Source: Eledone cirrhosa (taxonomy: Eukaryota). From it: a stretch of DNA of 64,000 nucleotides. A program made the position numbers and the translations under genes. The stretch is from assembly GCA_964016885.1 (NCBI GenBank), contig OZ024748.1:16306001-16370000 (forward strand), given 5' to 3'. The notes under the pieces are model-generated. The model had not been told where the DNA came from. It was given only the letters and a program-made list of their open reading frames with translations, and searched no databases. Shown here piece after piece: positions 40,441-54,091 of the stretch. The stretch's first letter is position 1, and each line of letters opens with the position of its first letter.

Positions 40441-41931
40441 ATATATATATGTGTGTGTGTGTCTAAGAACAACAACAACAATAAATTATTATATAATTCT
40501 TACATATATTGATAAAATTGATGTTTACTAGAGACATAGGTTACATAAACAGCCTTTGGTGTAAAAATGGCTTCCATGAGAATATAAAAAATTTCAGGAA
40601 TTTTGATATTCTTGGCAGTAATTACTGAGGTACCCTCAAAACAGTTCCATATTTCCACCATTTTCTCTCATATGGAACCAACAGGATGGTTCCAGTGCTA
40701 GGGGTTATGTGCGCGTGCGCGTGTGTGTGTTCTTCGGGTTCTTTAATTTTATAAACTTTTACCATTAGAGCCAGTTTCTAACAGACTCAAGACTCTTTCA
40801 TTGAAATTTAGACAACATCAACTAGGTAAATATGTATGTCCTCATGCGTGTGTGTATGTGTGTGTGCAGGTATAGAGGTTATTGTATGTGCGGATCCGTA
40901 TGTTTTGAGCTATATGTGTACACATGCATGCTTTGTATTCGTACATGTGTACATGCCTTGCTCGCACACAAGCGTCTCTGGCAGGTTTTTTACTGGATGC
41001 CCTTCCTAAATGTCGTTGGTGTTAGGAAGGGCATGCAGCTGTAAAAAACCTGCCAGAGAGGTCTCTGTGTAAGCAAGGCATGGTCTCTCGACCATTCCTG
41101 CATCAAATGGAACAAAAACGTCTAACCCATGCTAGCGTGGAAGATGGACGTTAAACGATGATGATGATGATTATGTATATACGGTTATTATATATAACAT
41201 TTTTTGAATGTTTTACATACTTTTACAGTTCCATTAATGGATTGTTCTTGTAACTTCCTAACAAGTTAAGTTCCTTCTGGCTCTGTGAAGCCCAGCTTCT
41301 CAAGATTTGTACTGAGGCAGTTAGTAACATATCCCAGAGCTCCAATGATCACAAGTATATTTCATTTGACGCTCTAATGATTCTGCCAATTAACAATAAA
41401 TGCTTCTAATTTAAGCAAAAGGGCAGCAATTTTGATGGGGCTTCAGACAGACTTTAACACTATGATGGATTGGTGTTCTGTCCAGGGTGCATCTTGTACT
41501 GTCAGTCACTTAATGCCATGGAAACTGGAATAAGCACTGACCCTGATGAGCCTCAGGGCTCAAGACAGACTTTAGACTTGCTGGGGATGGCTTCCTGTCC
41601 ACGAGGAGTCTTGTACTCTCAGTCACTTCACAGCAAAGAAACTGAAATAATCACCAACCTAATGAACCTCCACAGAGCTCTGGGCTCAAGACAGACTTTA
41701 GACATCATTTATCACTTGACTGGTACTTTATTGAACTCAGATTGATGAAACAGCAAATTTTATCTCAGTAGGATTTGAACACAGAAACAAAAAAAATGTC
41801 AGAGTAAACACCACATCGTATCTAGAGAATCTAATAACAATTTTATTTGATATTAAAAAAAAACATTATATATGACAAAAAAAGGACCTTATAAGAAATC
41901 CCATATTTACAAATGTACACTATTCAATTAC

Positions 41932-42023
41932 CGAGGGCATGGGGTAGAGAGCATGAGGATAAGCTGTGAGCAAAACATGAGAGAGATTAAGAGATGGAGA
42001 AGCTGACGGATATTTCTGTCTCT
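41932..42023 (-). CDS. Candidate exon with two acceptors 60 nt apart (long form 41932-42023, short form 41932-41963)
   Basis: gctgatactttctctgttctcttggccag| and tcttaatctctctcatgttttgctcacag| are both strong acceptors; shared donor TCG|gtaatt; one frame is open through both: RQKYPSASPSLNLSHVLLTAYPHALYPMPS. Confidence 0.4.
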
Positions 42024-43434
42024 CTGGCCAAGAGAACAGAGAAAGTATCAGCTTTAACACATGACCATTGTAGAGCAACACTCTGTACAAGTTAGATATT
42101 TTAACTACGTGTTTCATAAAGCCTTTTAGATGTTCTACCAATTCTCACAATCTACTTTTCTCTTAATTATAATTGTTTGGTTTGATTGCAACTTAAAATT
42201 TAATTTAAATGGCAGATATATTTTGAATTGGATTGAAGTCAACAAAAATAATATTAATTGACTGACTGTCTCTATAGCTCTCGTTAAGGTTAATTCCACA
42301 CATTATCAAACATAGACTCTCTAATAAGATACACCCACCAATTTGTATTCATTTCATTAGCATTCTATCAATAAAACTTTAGGCCTACAGTCAAAATAAT
42401 TTGTAATTCTAGTATATATATCTCCCTCAATCTCTCACTCTGTTTATATACTGTTTTCTGCCAAATTTCAGTCATTAAGTATTTAAAGAAAACCTGAAAT
42501 ATTTCTCCCTTCAGACATAACCATTTTAAGATGTAAACTTTAGTTAAGTCCAGTCAATATCATTGCCAAATTTTGATGAATGTCTTCATGTTTTAATCAT
42601 CGTATTTTGATTATTGCAAATTTTCATAATTATTGTGTATGTGTCAGTATGTGTATCTTTGTGTGTGTTTGTAAATATGTGTATATGTATGTGTGTGTGT
42701 AAATATGTATGTGTGTGTGTAAATATGTGTGTGTGTAAATATATGTGTGTGTGTAAATATATGTGTGTGTGTAAATATGTGTGTGTGTAAATATATGTAT
42801 GTGTGTAAATATGTGTATCTGTGTGTGTGCGTGTAAATTTGTGTGTGTGCATGTGTCTATGTGTGTGAGTGTATGTGTATGTATAAATATGTGTGTTTGC
42901 ATGTGTGTGTGTCATTGTGTATCTGTATGTGTGTGTTTCAGTTTGAAGTGTTAATGGTTCAAAGATCAGGAAGACCCAAAGTCAGGGTTGTACTCAATAT
43001 ATATATGGCTGCAATCATCATTGTCCTCTGGTTTAACACATTGTCAGAAACATTGGACATTACAGGAAGGTATAGATATAAACCGATACGTGCATATATA
43101 TATGTGTGCATGTATGTATATATATACATACTACTGTACGTCTGTATACATATATGTATGTACACATACATACATACTTACATTTAAGTAACTGCCGTAC
43201 TAAGAGTGAGAAATGAAATTTCGTTTCATTCTATTCCATTTATAGATATAAGGTATAGTCACAATTAAAGGGGCCCTCTCTTATGTGGTTAAAGGGTTTG
43301 CTTCATAACTGTATGGATTTTCTATCCAGCTCTACTGTATGGTAACCTGGGGATCTTGTAACATAGCCTCAGGTTGACCAATGCCTTGTCAGTGACATTT
43401 TATAGATGGGAACTATGTGAAAATCTGTTGTACA

Positions 43435-43844
43435 TTAACCCTTTGGCATTTACATTACTGTCTATTTACGATTATATTTTCAGTGGATTGGCAGTACCGG
43501 TAGAGGGTTGAATGCTATGCTTTCCAGCATAGAGTTACGTCCCTTTATAGTTTGAGTTCAAATCCCGCTGAGGTAAACTTTGCCTTTCATCCTTACGGGG
43601 TCGATAAAATAAAGCACCAGTAATGCACTGGGTAATTGCTGGCCTTGTGCCAAAAGAAGAAACAATTATATTTTCACATTAAAGGTTTTGATCTCACATA
43701 TATCGAATCTATGAGTTTTTGATATTATTTATTTTGATAACAATACCTTAACATCAGTATGATGTTACAGTTACAGTCGGTTTGAACAGAAAGAGGTGAG
43801 AGAATTCAGGTCAGATATGGCTGATTTAAATGCTAAAGAGTTAA
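43435..43844 (-). mobile_element. piggyBac-type MITE family 1 carrying a SINE B insertion
   Basis: TTAA termini; SINE B at 43483-43664 flanked by the 12-bp TSD ATTATATTTTCA (43471-43482, 43665-43676). Confidence 0.85.
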
Positions 43845-44749
43845 AATGTGTGTGAGTGTATGTGTAAGTGCGTATGAGTAAGTGTGTATGTGTAAGTGTG
43901 TATGTGTAAGTGTGTATGTGTAAGAGTGTATGTGTAAGAGTGTATGTCTATGTGTGTGTATGTGTAAGAGTGTATGTCTATGTGTGTGTATATATGTATC
44001 CATGTCTGCATTTGTTTATGCCCTGTAAATTATTGGCTTGACAAAAAATGATCCATAAGATAAGTAACAGGCTATAAGAAATATGAACGGATGTCAATAT
44101 AATTAACTAAACTACCAGAAAACCACCCTTCAGGTGGTTTTCTGCTAGCATGTGTAGTGTTTATATTGATATTATACGCAAGTATATATACATGTAGATA
44201 TGATACATCAAATAAAATCGTAATTGACAATATAAACAGAAATTGAACGAAGACGTTGTTACGCTGTCTTATGTAATGAGTAACGTAATCCATGATACAT
44301 TAAAAAAAGACGATATTAAATATAAACTGCATTAGGAGAAAATTAGAGACAGAAAATTAGTATGTTTATTTAAGTGATCGCCACCGAAAGTGTTGACATC
44401 ACACACTCTCTATTTCTATGTATATGTTAGTTGAAGTGGTGATGGTGGCAACGATATACTGGAAGTGCAACTTTGAAAAGAAGTCAATTTTAAATTATTT
44501 ATTTTTACGAAATTATTTTTCTTTACGAAATTTAGTAGATAAATTATGTAATATTCATTTATTATTTATTCAAAGTAATCCAGCTTATTTTACTAACAGG
44601 ATAACAAAAAAAAATAAACCGTACGCAATCATGCAGACCTTCCTTTATTATAGTTTAGATGCCTTCAATACAATGGCTGCAAACTAAAGACTGCAACCAA
44701 GAAAAGAGTGATATATATATGTATATATATATATATATAATATAGAAAT

Positions 44750-44800
44750 GGCTTCTACAGGACTAGAACTGTTTCATTCGGGAGAAATCATCAGGAGGCC
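44750..44800 (-). ncRNA. Type I hammerhead ribozyme motif
   Basis: Minus-strand RNA: GGCCUC-CUGAUGA-U-UUC-UCCC-GAA-U-GAA-ACAG-UUCUAGUC-CUGU-A^GAAGCC. Stem I has 5 of 6 pairs, stem II UUC/GAA, stem III ACAG/CUGU, GUA triplet. Decayed family copies at 24627-24679 and 34214-34300. Confidence 0.75.
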
Positions 44801-44820
44801 CGATTGAACCCAGAATAAAC

Positions 44821-44891
<71 letters not shown>

Positions 44892-45184
44892 CTATTAATA
44901 ATTGTTTCTACTTTAGGCACAAGGCCAGCAATTACCCAGTGCATTACTGGTACTTTATTTTATCGACCCCGTAAGGATGAAAGGCAAAGTCAACCATATA
45001 TATATATATATGTCTATTAATAATGGTTTTTATATAATGTGTCTATTAATAATAAAAGTATTTATACTTGTATATAATCTATATACAATTATAAATACGA
45101 AAGGAGTATCGTCAGCAATTAGATGGGATTTTCACACCAAATTTACAGAGATCAATAATTGATTTTGCTATTTTCTCTGATCGC

Positions 45185-46475
45185 TTTGATTCTGTGCTGG
45201 ATGTTCATGTTAAAAGAAGGGCTAAGCAGTCAACTGATCACCATTTAGTTATCTGCAATTTGAGAATACCAAAAGCCAAAGAAGACCACAAAAGTGGCAG
45301 ATCCAGGGCAACTTACAGGGTAAAGTAGGAAGTGTTGCGGGATAAGGAAGTCAGGACCAGGTATATAGATACTATAGGATACTATAAGGAAGTCAGGACC
45401 AGGTATATAGATACTATAGGATACTATAAGGAAGTCAGGACCAGGTATATAGATACTATAGGATACTATAAGGAAGTCAGGACCAGGTATATAGATACTA
45501 TAGGATACTATAAGGAAGTCAGGACCAGGTATATAGATACTATAGGATACTATAAGGAAGTCAGGACCAGGTATATAGATACTATAGGATACTATAAGGA
45601 AGTCAGGACTAGGTATATAGATACTATAGGATACTATAAGGAAGTCAGGACCAGGTATATAGATACTATAGGATACTATAAGGAAGTCAGGACCAGGTAT
45701 ATAGATACTATAGGATACTATAAGGAAGTCAGGACTAGGTATATAGATACTATAGGATACTATAAGGAAGTCAGGACCAGGTATATAGATACTATAGGAT
45801 ACTATAAGGAAGTCAGGACCAGGTATATAGATACTATAGGATACTATAAGGAAGTCAAGACCAGGTATATAGATACTATAGGATACTATAAGGAAGTCAG
45901 GACCAGGTATATAGATACTATAGGATACTATAAGGAAGTCAGGACTAGGTATATAGATACTATAGGATACTATAAGGAAGTCAGGACCAGGTATATAGAT
46001 ACTATAGGATACTATAAGGAAGTCAGGACCAGGTATATAGATACTATAGGATACTATAAGGAAGTCAGGACCAGGTATATAGATACTATAGGATACTATA
46101 AGGAAGTCAAGACCAGGTATATAGATACTATAGGATACTATAAGGAAGTCAGGACCAGGTATATAGATACTATTACATCCAAATTCAGAGAACTCCCTGA
46201 GCAAACTGAGGTTGTTGAGACAGAGTGGAGATTGTTCAACTCAGCAGTTTCTGCTTCAGCTGTTAAATGTTGTGGGTGAAAGAGGATTGGTGGGGTACAG
46301 GATGAGAGACCCGGGTGTAGACCCTGAGCAAGATGGTAGAATTACATCATGAGCTTATATGGTCTCAACTGGGGATCCAGCGGGATCAGTTGGAGACAGG
46401 ACCCGCTGGAAGGAGTGTTTGAGGAGTCTGGCCTCATGACCATCTCAGGAATAAGTGAGAGAAGAAGAAGAAGAA
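45185..46475 (+). mobile_element. Internally deleted RTE LINE (APE C-terminus, linker and 3' end) containing a 42-bp minisatellite
   Basis: DSVLDVHVKRRAKQSTDHHLVICNL (APE SDH-like motif), then LRDKEVRTRYIDTI/TSKFRELP...EWRLFNSAVSASAVKCCG; (GAA)n tail. Confidence 0.75.
45343..46173 (+). repeat. 42-bp minisatellite, about 20 units
   Basis: TAAGGAAGTCAGGACCAGGTATATAGATACTATAGGATACTA; single-base variants in units 7, 10, 15 (C>T) and 13, 19 (G>A). Confidence 0.95.
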
Positions 46476-46629
46476 CAACAAATTCAACAGCAACAGTAAC
46501 AACAACAACAAGAATTTATGAGCGGTTATGGTGCAGCAAGTTGATATTTTCTATATCAATATGAATTCATTTATGTGTGTGTGCATATATATATATATAT
46601 ATGTGTGCATATATATATATATATATATG

Positions 46630-46660
<31 letters not shown>

Positions 46661-46930
46661 GTGTGTGTATATATATATATATACATACATATGTATATAC
46701 ATATATATATGTGTGTGTGCATATATATATATATGCACACACATATATATATATGTGTGTGCATATATATATATATATACACACACATATATATATATGT
46801 GTGTGTATATATATATATACATACATATGTATATATATATATATATGTGTGTGTGTATATATATATATATACATACATATGTATATACATATATATATAT
46901 ATGTGTGTGTGCATATATATATATATGTAT

Positions 46931-46978
<48 letters not shown>

Positions 46979-47774
46979 ATATATATATATACATACATAT
47001 ATATATACATATATATATGTGCATATACATATATATGTATATATGTGCATACATATATGCATATATATATATATGTGCATACATATATATATGTATATAT
47101 ATATATACACACACACAGACAATTTATTATGCAATGTAGAAATTAATTTTATTGCATCTATATTATGTCATAGAAAATAGAAACAGAAATTTATAATGTT
47201 CCTGCGATAAGTTTTCATTACACTACACATAATGGGTTCCTGTAATGAGTACTTGAATTTCTGTATTATTCATTTAAATTTCAAATCAATAACTAGTAGA
47301 TGATCAACATCCTTAACCGGAAGCCTTACTTCCTAATAAGACATAGAAAATTGATCAGCTTTAAATTACGATGCCATTAATATTTAATTTTGCCTTTGAA
47401 AACTGGCAAAAGAATTAAATAAAAGTAGGCAAGATTTTGTACATCTGAATTGCATTGTAATCTAAAATATTAATGAGAATAAGTTTTGTGAAATTTCTCT
47501 ATGTATTATGTATTTTGAATATGGAAGAGATTTGATTTATGTAAAACATCACAGTGAAAATATAGAATATTTCATTTCCTTTCGTCATGAAATTAAAACA
47601 AATGTATAAATAGTACCTTGAGGTGATCCAGTATAATGAAGAATTTGATTATGTTTGTTCCCCTTCAGTCATATACAAGACAAGATAGATATGTGTGTGC
47701 ACGTGTGTGTGTGGATGTTTGTGTGCATAAATATGTATGTGTGTATGAATATATGTGTGTGTATTATATATATA

Positions 47775-48130
47775 TAATTGTTTCTACTTTAGGCACAAGG
47801 CCAGCAATTACCCAGTACATTACTGGTACTTTATTTTATCGACCCCGTAAGGATGAAAGGCAAAGTCAACCTCGGTGGGATTTGAACTCAGCTCGTAAAG
47901 GGACATAACTATAATCCACCGCCATTATATATATATAATGGCGGTGGATTGGCAGTATCGGTAGAGGGTCGGACGCCATGCTTTGAAGCATAGAGTTACG
48001 GCCCTTGCCATTCTGAGTTCAAATCCCGCCGAGGTTAACTTTGCCTTTCATCCTTACGGGGTTGATAAAATAAAGTACCAGTAATGCACTGTGTAATTGC
48101 TGGCCTTGTGCCAAAAAGTAGAAATAATTA
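47775..48130. mobile_element. Head-to-head pair of SINE B copies
   Basis: Minus copy 47775-47923 and plus copy 47940-48130, joined by a perfect palindrome at 47913-47950. Confidence 0.85.
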
Positions 48131-48344
48131 TATATATATATATGGTGGTTAATGGCTTCTTAACCATCGTCTCAGCGTGTATGACCATTTTAACTTATGT
48201 TTATAGCTCTGGTATCTTCTTCATATCCATGGAGCACTTGTCTGCACAATATGGAAGTTGCGTTTTGCTAATTTCTACCCGCCGAAATGCGATTCTCGCT
48301 AAATTTTTATTTGTATATATATATCATCATCATCATTTCATCAT

Positions 48345-48663
48345 TTCATTATATGTCCGCTTTTTCTCTGCTTGCAAGGGTGGGACAGGAACTGATTCTG
48401 GCTTGATTTCTACGGCTGGATGCCCTTCCTAACACCAACCTCATTTACAGTGAGTGCTGGGTGCTTTTTTGCCGTGGCACTTCCACGACCACTTTGCAGT
48501 GGAATGATATGGACCCCAGTCCCTATCATCTCATTTCTACAGCTGAGTAAACTGGAGCAATGTGAAATAAAGTGTCTTGCTCAAGGAAACAACACATCAC
48601 CCGGTCTGAGATTTGAACTCACAACCTTTCGATTGCAAGACCAATGCTCTAACCACTAAGCCA
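48345..48663 (-). mobile_element. SINE family A
   Basis: Near-identical to 10929-11243. Confidence 0.9.
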
Positions 48664-48787
48664 TATCTATGTAAAAACTAATAATTTTTCTTCCCCATTT
48701 TATTATTATTCGTATAAATATGCTACTTAGCTGCACTTTGCACATCTGCCGTTGAAAAAGCATACAATGCTGAAACCGCTACCACTA

Positions 48788-49012
48788 TTAACCCTTTAGC
48801 ATTTACATTACTCTAGATATACAATTATATTTTCACGGTAAAGTTTTACCTTACATAATTATCTCACATAATATCGAATTTATGAGCTTTTAATATTTAT
48901 TTTGAGAACAATACCTTAACATAAGTATGAGTGGCTGGTTACGGCCGGTTTGAGCAGAAAGAGGCGAGAGAATTTTGGCCGGATATGGCCGGTTTAAATG
49001 CTAAAAGGTTAA
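48788..49012 (-). mobile_element. piggyBac-type MITE family 1
   Basis: TTAACCCTTTAGCATTTAC...TAAATGCTAAAAGGTTAA. Confidence 0.85.
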
Positions 49013-49110
49013 ATGCAGAAATACCCATTTTATGAATAAATGTTTTGATATTATACTGAAAAAATCCCTCCAACATTTTCTACTGAATTTTTTCCTTTTT
49101 ACTATTTGTT

Positions 49111-49449
49111 TCATTTCATCATTTCATTTTACGTCCACTTTTTCCCTGCTTGCAAGGGTGGGACGGGAACTGATTCTGGCTTGATTTCTACAGCTGGATG
49201 CCCTTCCTAACACCAACCTCATTTACAGTGAGTGCTGGGTGCTTTTTTGCCGTGGCACCTACATGACCACTTTGCAGTGGAATGATTTGGACCCCAGTCC
49301 CTATCATCTCATTTCTACAGCTGAGTAAACTGGAGCAATGTGAAATAAAGTGTCTTGCTCAAGGAAACAACACATCACCCGGTCTGAGAATTGAACTCAC
49401 AACCTTTCGATTGCAAGGCCAATGCTCTAACCACTAAGCCATGTGCCTC
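49111..49449 (-). mobile_element. SINE family A
   Basis: Full-length match. Confidence 0.9.
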
Positions 49450-50239
49450 TACTGTTTATATATACATATATATATATATAGAGAGAGAGAGAGGGGGAGA
49501 GATAGAGAGAGAGAGAGAGGGGGAGAGATAGGAGAGAGAGAGAGAGACAGAGATACATGGTTGCAAACAAGTTATATCATCATCATCATTCTATGTCCAC
49601 TCTCCATGCTACCTAGTGTTTCTATTTCTGAAAGACTAAACTAAAATTTTAAAAAAGGAAAAAAATTGTGATATTTTTTTTCATAAAGAAATTATTTGGA
49701 TTGGAACTCAGAATGCAATAATCAAAAATGAAATATAAGTCAAGCATTATTCCTATCTGACATTCTAACAACTCTGCCAATTCACCACAACATCAGTATA
49801 TTTTGATATCCCAAACTCCCCATTAAAAACAAAGCCCCCCCCCCCCCCCCCCACAAGAACCACAAAAAATCCATAAAACAAAACACATAGCTATAATGAC
49901 AACAATAAAATTGTGATAATATTTTGTTTGTTTCTTTGGGTATTTTTTTTTCAAGAAATTACAGATAATGTCTAGAGGAAGTGTTCTGGTGTAATTGCTT
50001 GTCGTTGTTGAAATATTTTCCCCTTGAAATTGTGATGATGTTTGTTGCTGATAAATAAGTAATTCTGTATTTATATCATGATCTATTACCAGACAAAGAA
50101 AACCAATTGCATATTAAATTCTAGGATAGAAAATAAGAAAATAACATTTCCAAAATACATGATATAACTCTTACTTCTCAAATTTCTTTACATTGTATTA
50201 CATTTATTTTGTCTCTCCTTCACCTTCCCTTTATTCCCC

Positions 50240-50276
<37 letters not shown>

Positions 50277-50538
50277 TCTTCCTCCCTCTTACTATATATA
50301 TTCTCTCTCATATATGTATATATTTATATCTATTCTTCCTCCCTCCCTCCCTCTCTCTATATATTGTCTCTCACTCATATATGTATATATTTATATATAT
50401 TCTTCCTCCCTCTCTCTTTATATATATATTGTCTTTCTCATATATATATTCTCCCTCCATCTATATATATATTCTCCCTCCATCTATATATATATTCTCC
50501 TCTCTCTTTCAATATATATTTATGTGTCTCTGCATGTG

Positions 50539-50575
<37 letters not shown>

Positions 50576-50670
50576 CTGACTAGTGTATTTGTTATTAGAA
50601 TCACTTTGTCATTGCTTTATCTGATAACAAATGTGTTATAATTCAAATGTGGATAATGTGTGAACACAGG

Positions 50671-50718
<48 letters not shown>

Positions 50719-50912
50719 AATATTCATACATATACATACATAAAGATAGATATGTACATATATATGTATGTACATATATATATATATGTATGTACATATA
50801 TATATGTATATATCTACATATATGTAAAATGAAATATATACATATATATATGTACATATATACATATGTATATATGCACACATATATATATATGTGTGTA
50901 CATATATACATA

Positions 50913-50944
<32 letters not shown>

Positions 50945-51568
50945 CATATATACATATATGTACATATATACATATATATATACACATATATATATATGTG
51001 TGTACATATATACATATATATATATATGTACATATATACATATATGTACATATATATATATATATGTACATATATATATATATGTACATATATACATATG
51101 TACATATGTACATATATATATATATATATATATAATGTATACATGTTTATATATAAAATCACAAGCCAATTTACCAATTCTCTTTCTCTACCAATATTTG
51201 TCAGTGTCTCTTCTCTTTCCCCATTCTCTCTCTCTCTCTCTCTCTCTCTCTGTGAGCCAGTCTGTCTGTGTCTCTAGCCTCCCTCTCTCTCTATTTATAT
51301 ATACATATGTCTCTCTCTCTATATATATATACCTCTCTGTATCTATCTAACTCCCAGCCAGTATGCTATATGTCACTTCCACTTACAACTTAACAATGAA
51401 ATGTAATTCTGTGAATTTTAATGGAATAGATATCCTCATTTCAGAGTTACATATAAATCACATGCACAAATATGAGTGTATGTGTATACATAAATATATA
51501 AACACACACATAATATGCATGTATATATATATATATATATATACGCATATTATAGGCGTGTGTATGTA

Positions 51569-51606
<38 letters not shown>

Positions 51607-51680
51607 CATATTATATGCGTGTGTATGTATTCATATATATATATATATATATATACCCATATTATATGTGTGTGTATGTA

Positions 51681-51718
<38 letters not shown>

Positions 51719-51767
51719 CATACACACATATAACATTTATATGCAAACACTTTTGTGTGGACTTTAC

Positions 51768-51979
51768 CCAGTGAATGAGTATTTGACAGTCGTTTTTGAG
51801 ATTGTGAAATCAGATTTTCTCAGAATCACCAAACCGTTTGCCCTTGTTGAGGATGGAATGGCTAAGGTGTGAGATGGTCTGGACCTATTACATAAATAAC
51901 GAGAAAGATAGAACAAGTTACATCCTTCTCCACCTCCACCTCCTCTTCCTCTGCTACTTCTTCCTTCTATTCGATCCAT
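51768..51979 (-). CDS. Candidate first coding exon, product unknown
   Basis: ATG at 51979 with an upstream in-frame stop; [20 protein letters not shown]...KTTVKYSFT(G) ends at GG|gtaaag. Candidate acceptor ctttcatttcatag| near 52227; non-repetitive sequence. Confidence 0.35.
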
Positions 51980-53306
51980 ATGTCCCTTAATAGTTAGAAT
52001 TACTGAGTATGTAAGTTATTGAATTTTCAGATCAAGGGTTAGGAGTCATCATACATTGCAGCAATATTGTTGTCTTTATGGATGCACACTTCACTATACA
52101 CTTTTATTCAATTCACTTGGACTTTTTCGGAAATATGTGCCAGATTTTCTTGAAACATGTTGCCAGTCCGTTGTTGTTAAGTGAAATACATCTTAGCCAG
52201 GAGGAGATTTATTTCAACTCTTTTATACTATGAAATGAAAGCTTATGAATTTTACTTCTAAGGCTCTTTCTAGCATGTGACAACATTTCAAAAGTTTGCT
52301 TCTCAATAAATGTTAATGAAAGCTACTGTAAAGTGCATCTTGGAAATTTATCATTGCCATTTGAGTTTTAATTTTCTAACTCTCATATGATTTAACCCTT
52401 TTAATACCAAACCCTTTTAAATTGTCTTTATTGTATGATACAGAACTTACACTTTTAACCTCTTCAGTACCGCAAATGAGTTAACTCGTCCTAATATGTA
52501 AGTATTCCAGTGCCACAGACGAGAAAGTCGTTCTAGCATTTTTAAACTATTTTCCAACAGCCATAACTTCAAAGTTATGAACAGGTTTCCAACAGTTCAT
52601 AACTTCAAAGCTAGATGAGGTTACTAGTTTATTGATGTGATGTTTGTGAATCATTCAGATATGTGTTGTTAATAAATGTTTGTTTGAAAAAATAATCATT
52701 TTACTGAGAGAAAAATAAAAAACAGGCACAACTGTAGCTGTATAAAATATACACAGCAGTCAACAAATTAAAGCATTCATATTTATCTAACGATACATTC
52801 CATTGTAATATTTTTGTAAAAAACTTGGTTAAGTTTTGCACCAAATACCAGAAAAATAATGGAAAAATATACTAATTCCTCCAAAATTTTGACTATTTGC
52901 AAAATTTAACAGAAAACCACAGACAGTGTCATTCATTAAACATATGGTAACCTGTCTCTAGTCAGGCTATTTGTTTCTCAACCATTTGAAAGCATATTTC
53001 ATCTTTCTCGCATGTGATGGAAAGAACAAATATCATTAATAAGGGTGAAAAATATCTCTTCCCTATATTATTGTAAGCTAAGCTTTCAATATTTCTATCA
53101 ATTCTTTATAGTGATGGTGTTATTAAATGTAAGCGGTTCTTGCTATGGTTGTATCTATTTTCTCATACTGTTGAAATATGAGTATTCTCTAATTCGGGTA
53201 TGTGTATACATATATATAATCAGAGGTATATATTGAGTTAGAAACTCAAAATATTCTCTTACAATTAAATAGCTCAAAGAAAGAAGTTTTTCTGAGCCGT
53301 GTAATA

Positions 53307-54091
53307 TAATTGAATATACAAGAGAGGTAAACACAAATATAAACATACATGTGTTTCTAGCAGCGTATGTTTGTGAGACACGCTAGGTTCTGATGCCATG
53401 TGCATTATTTTATATTCGCATACAATGACACACGACCGTGACTTCTGGCGTCACGCAGTAATACAGGGTACCCGACCTCCCATGGGTACATGCTGAAGCA
53501 TATAAACAATATGCCCCCACTCCCCCCACCGCAAGGTGGTCGTGGAGGTGCCACGGCAAAAAAGCACCCAGCCCACACTGTAAAGTGGACGTGTAGGCGC
53601 CACGAAAAAGCACCCAGCACTCACTGTAAATGAGGTTGGTGTTAGGAAGGGCATCCAGCTGTAGAAATCAAGCCAGATCAGTTCCTGATTGAGCAAGGCA
53701 TGGTCAGCCGACCAGACACTGCTCACAACAGGACAACCCGTCTAACCCATGCTAGCGTGGAAGAACGGACGTAAAACGGTGATGATGATGATGATGATAC
53801 TATTCAGTCTTCTGATATACTTAGAAGTGGAGGGATTACTCATCTTTACATCCAAGAATTGGTAATTTCCTTCGCTAAAAAATTGTGAAACAGCTACCAA
53901 AGCTGTCTGGGTGTTCAGCAGTTGCCCAGTATAGGTTTGTTTTTCTTTTTCTTGATTTATTACTTTAAATTGAGTCTAGCAAACCATATTGTTATAGTTA
54001 GTATTTTTTTCACCCTAACGAACTTGGTCCCTTACAATTCGAACACGTGTATGTTTATATTTGTGTTTACCTCTCTTGTATATTCAATTAT
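53307..54091. mobile_element. Element bounded by about 50-bp inverted repeats, with a SINE A 3' part inserted (about 53530-53797)
   Basis: ATAATTGAATATACAAGAGAGGTAAACACAAATATAAACATAC at 53307 mirrors 54049-54091. Confidence 0.6.

Noticed and set aside
44112-44148. Hairpin CAGAAAACCACC-CTTCA-GGTGGTTTTCTG as a terminator or Helitron end
   Set aside because: Intrinsic terminators do not apply in this context, and no matching element boundary could be established.
45245-46279. 42-bp array as a CRISPR or as 315/319-aa genes
   Set aside because: Units are contiguous and near-identical with no unique spacers, there are no cas genes, and the context is a eukaryotic LINE.
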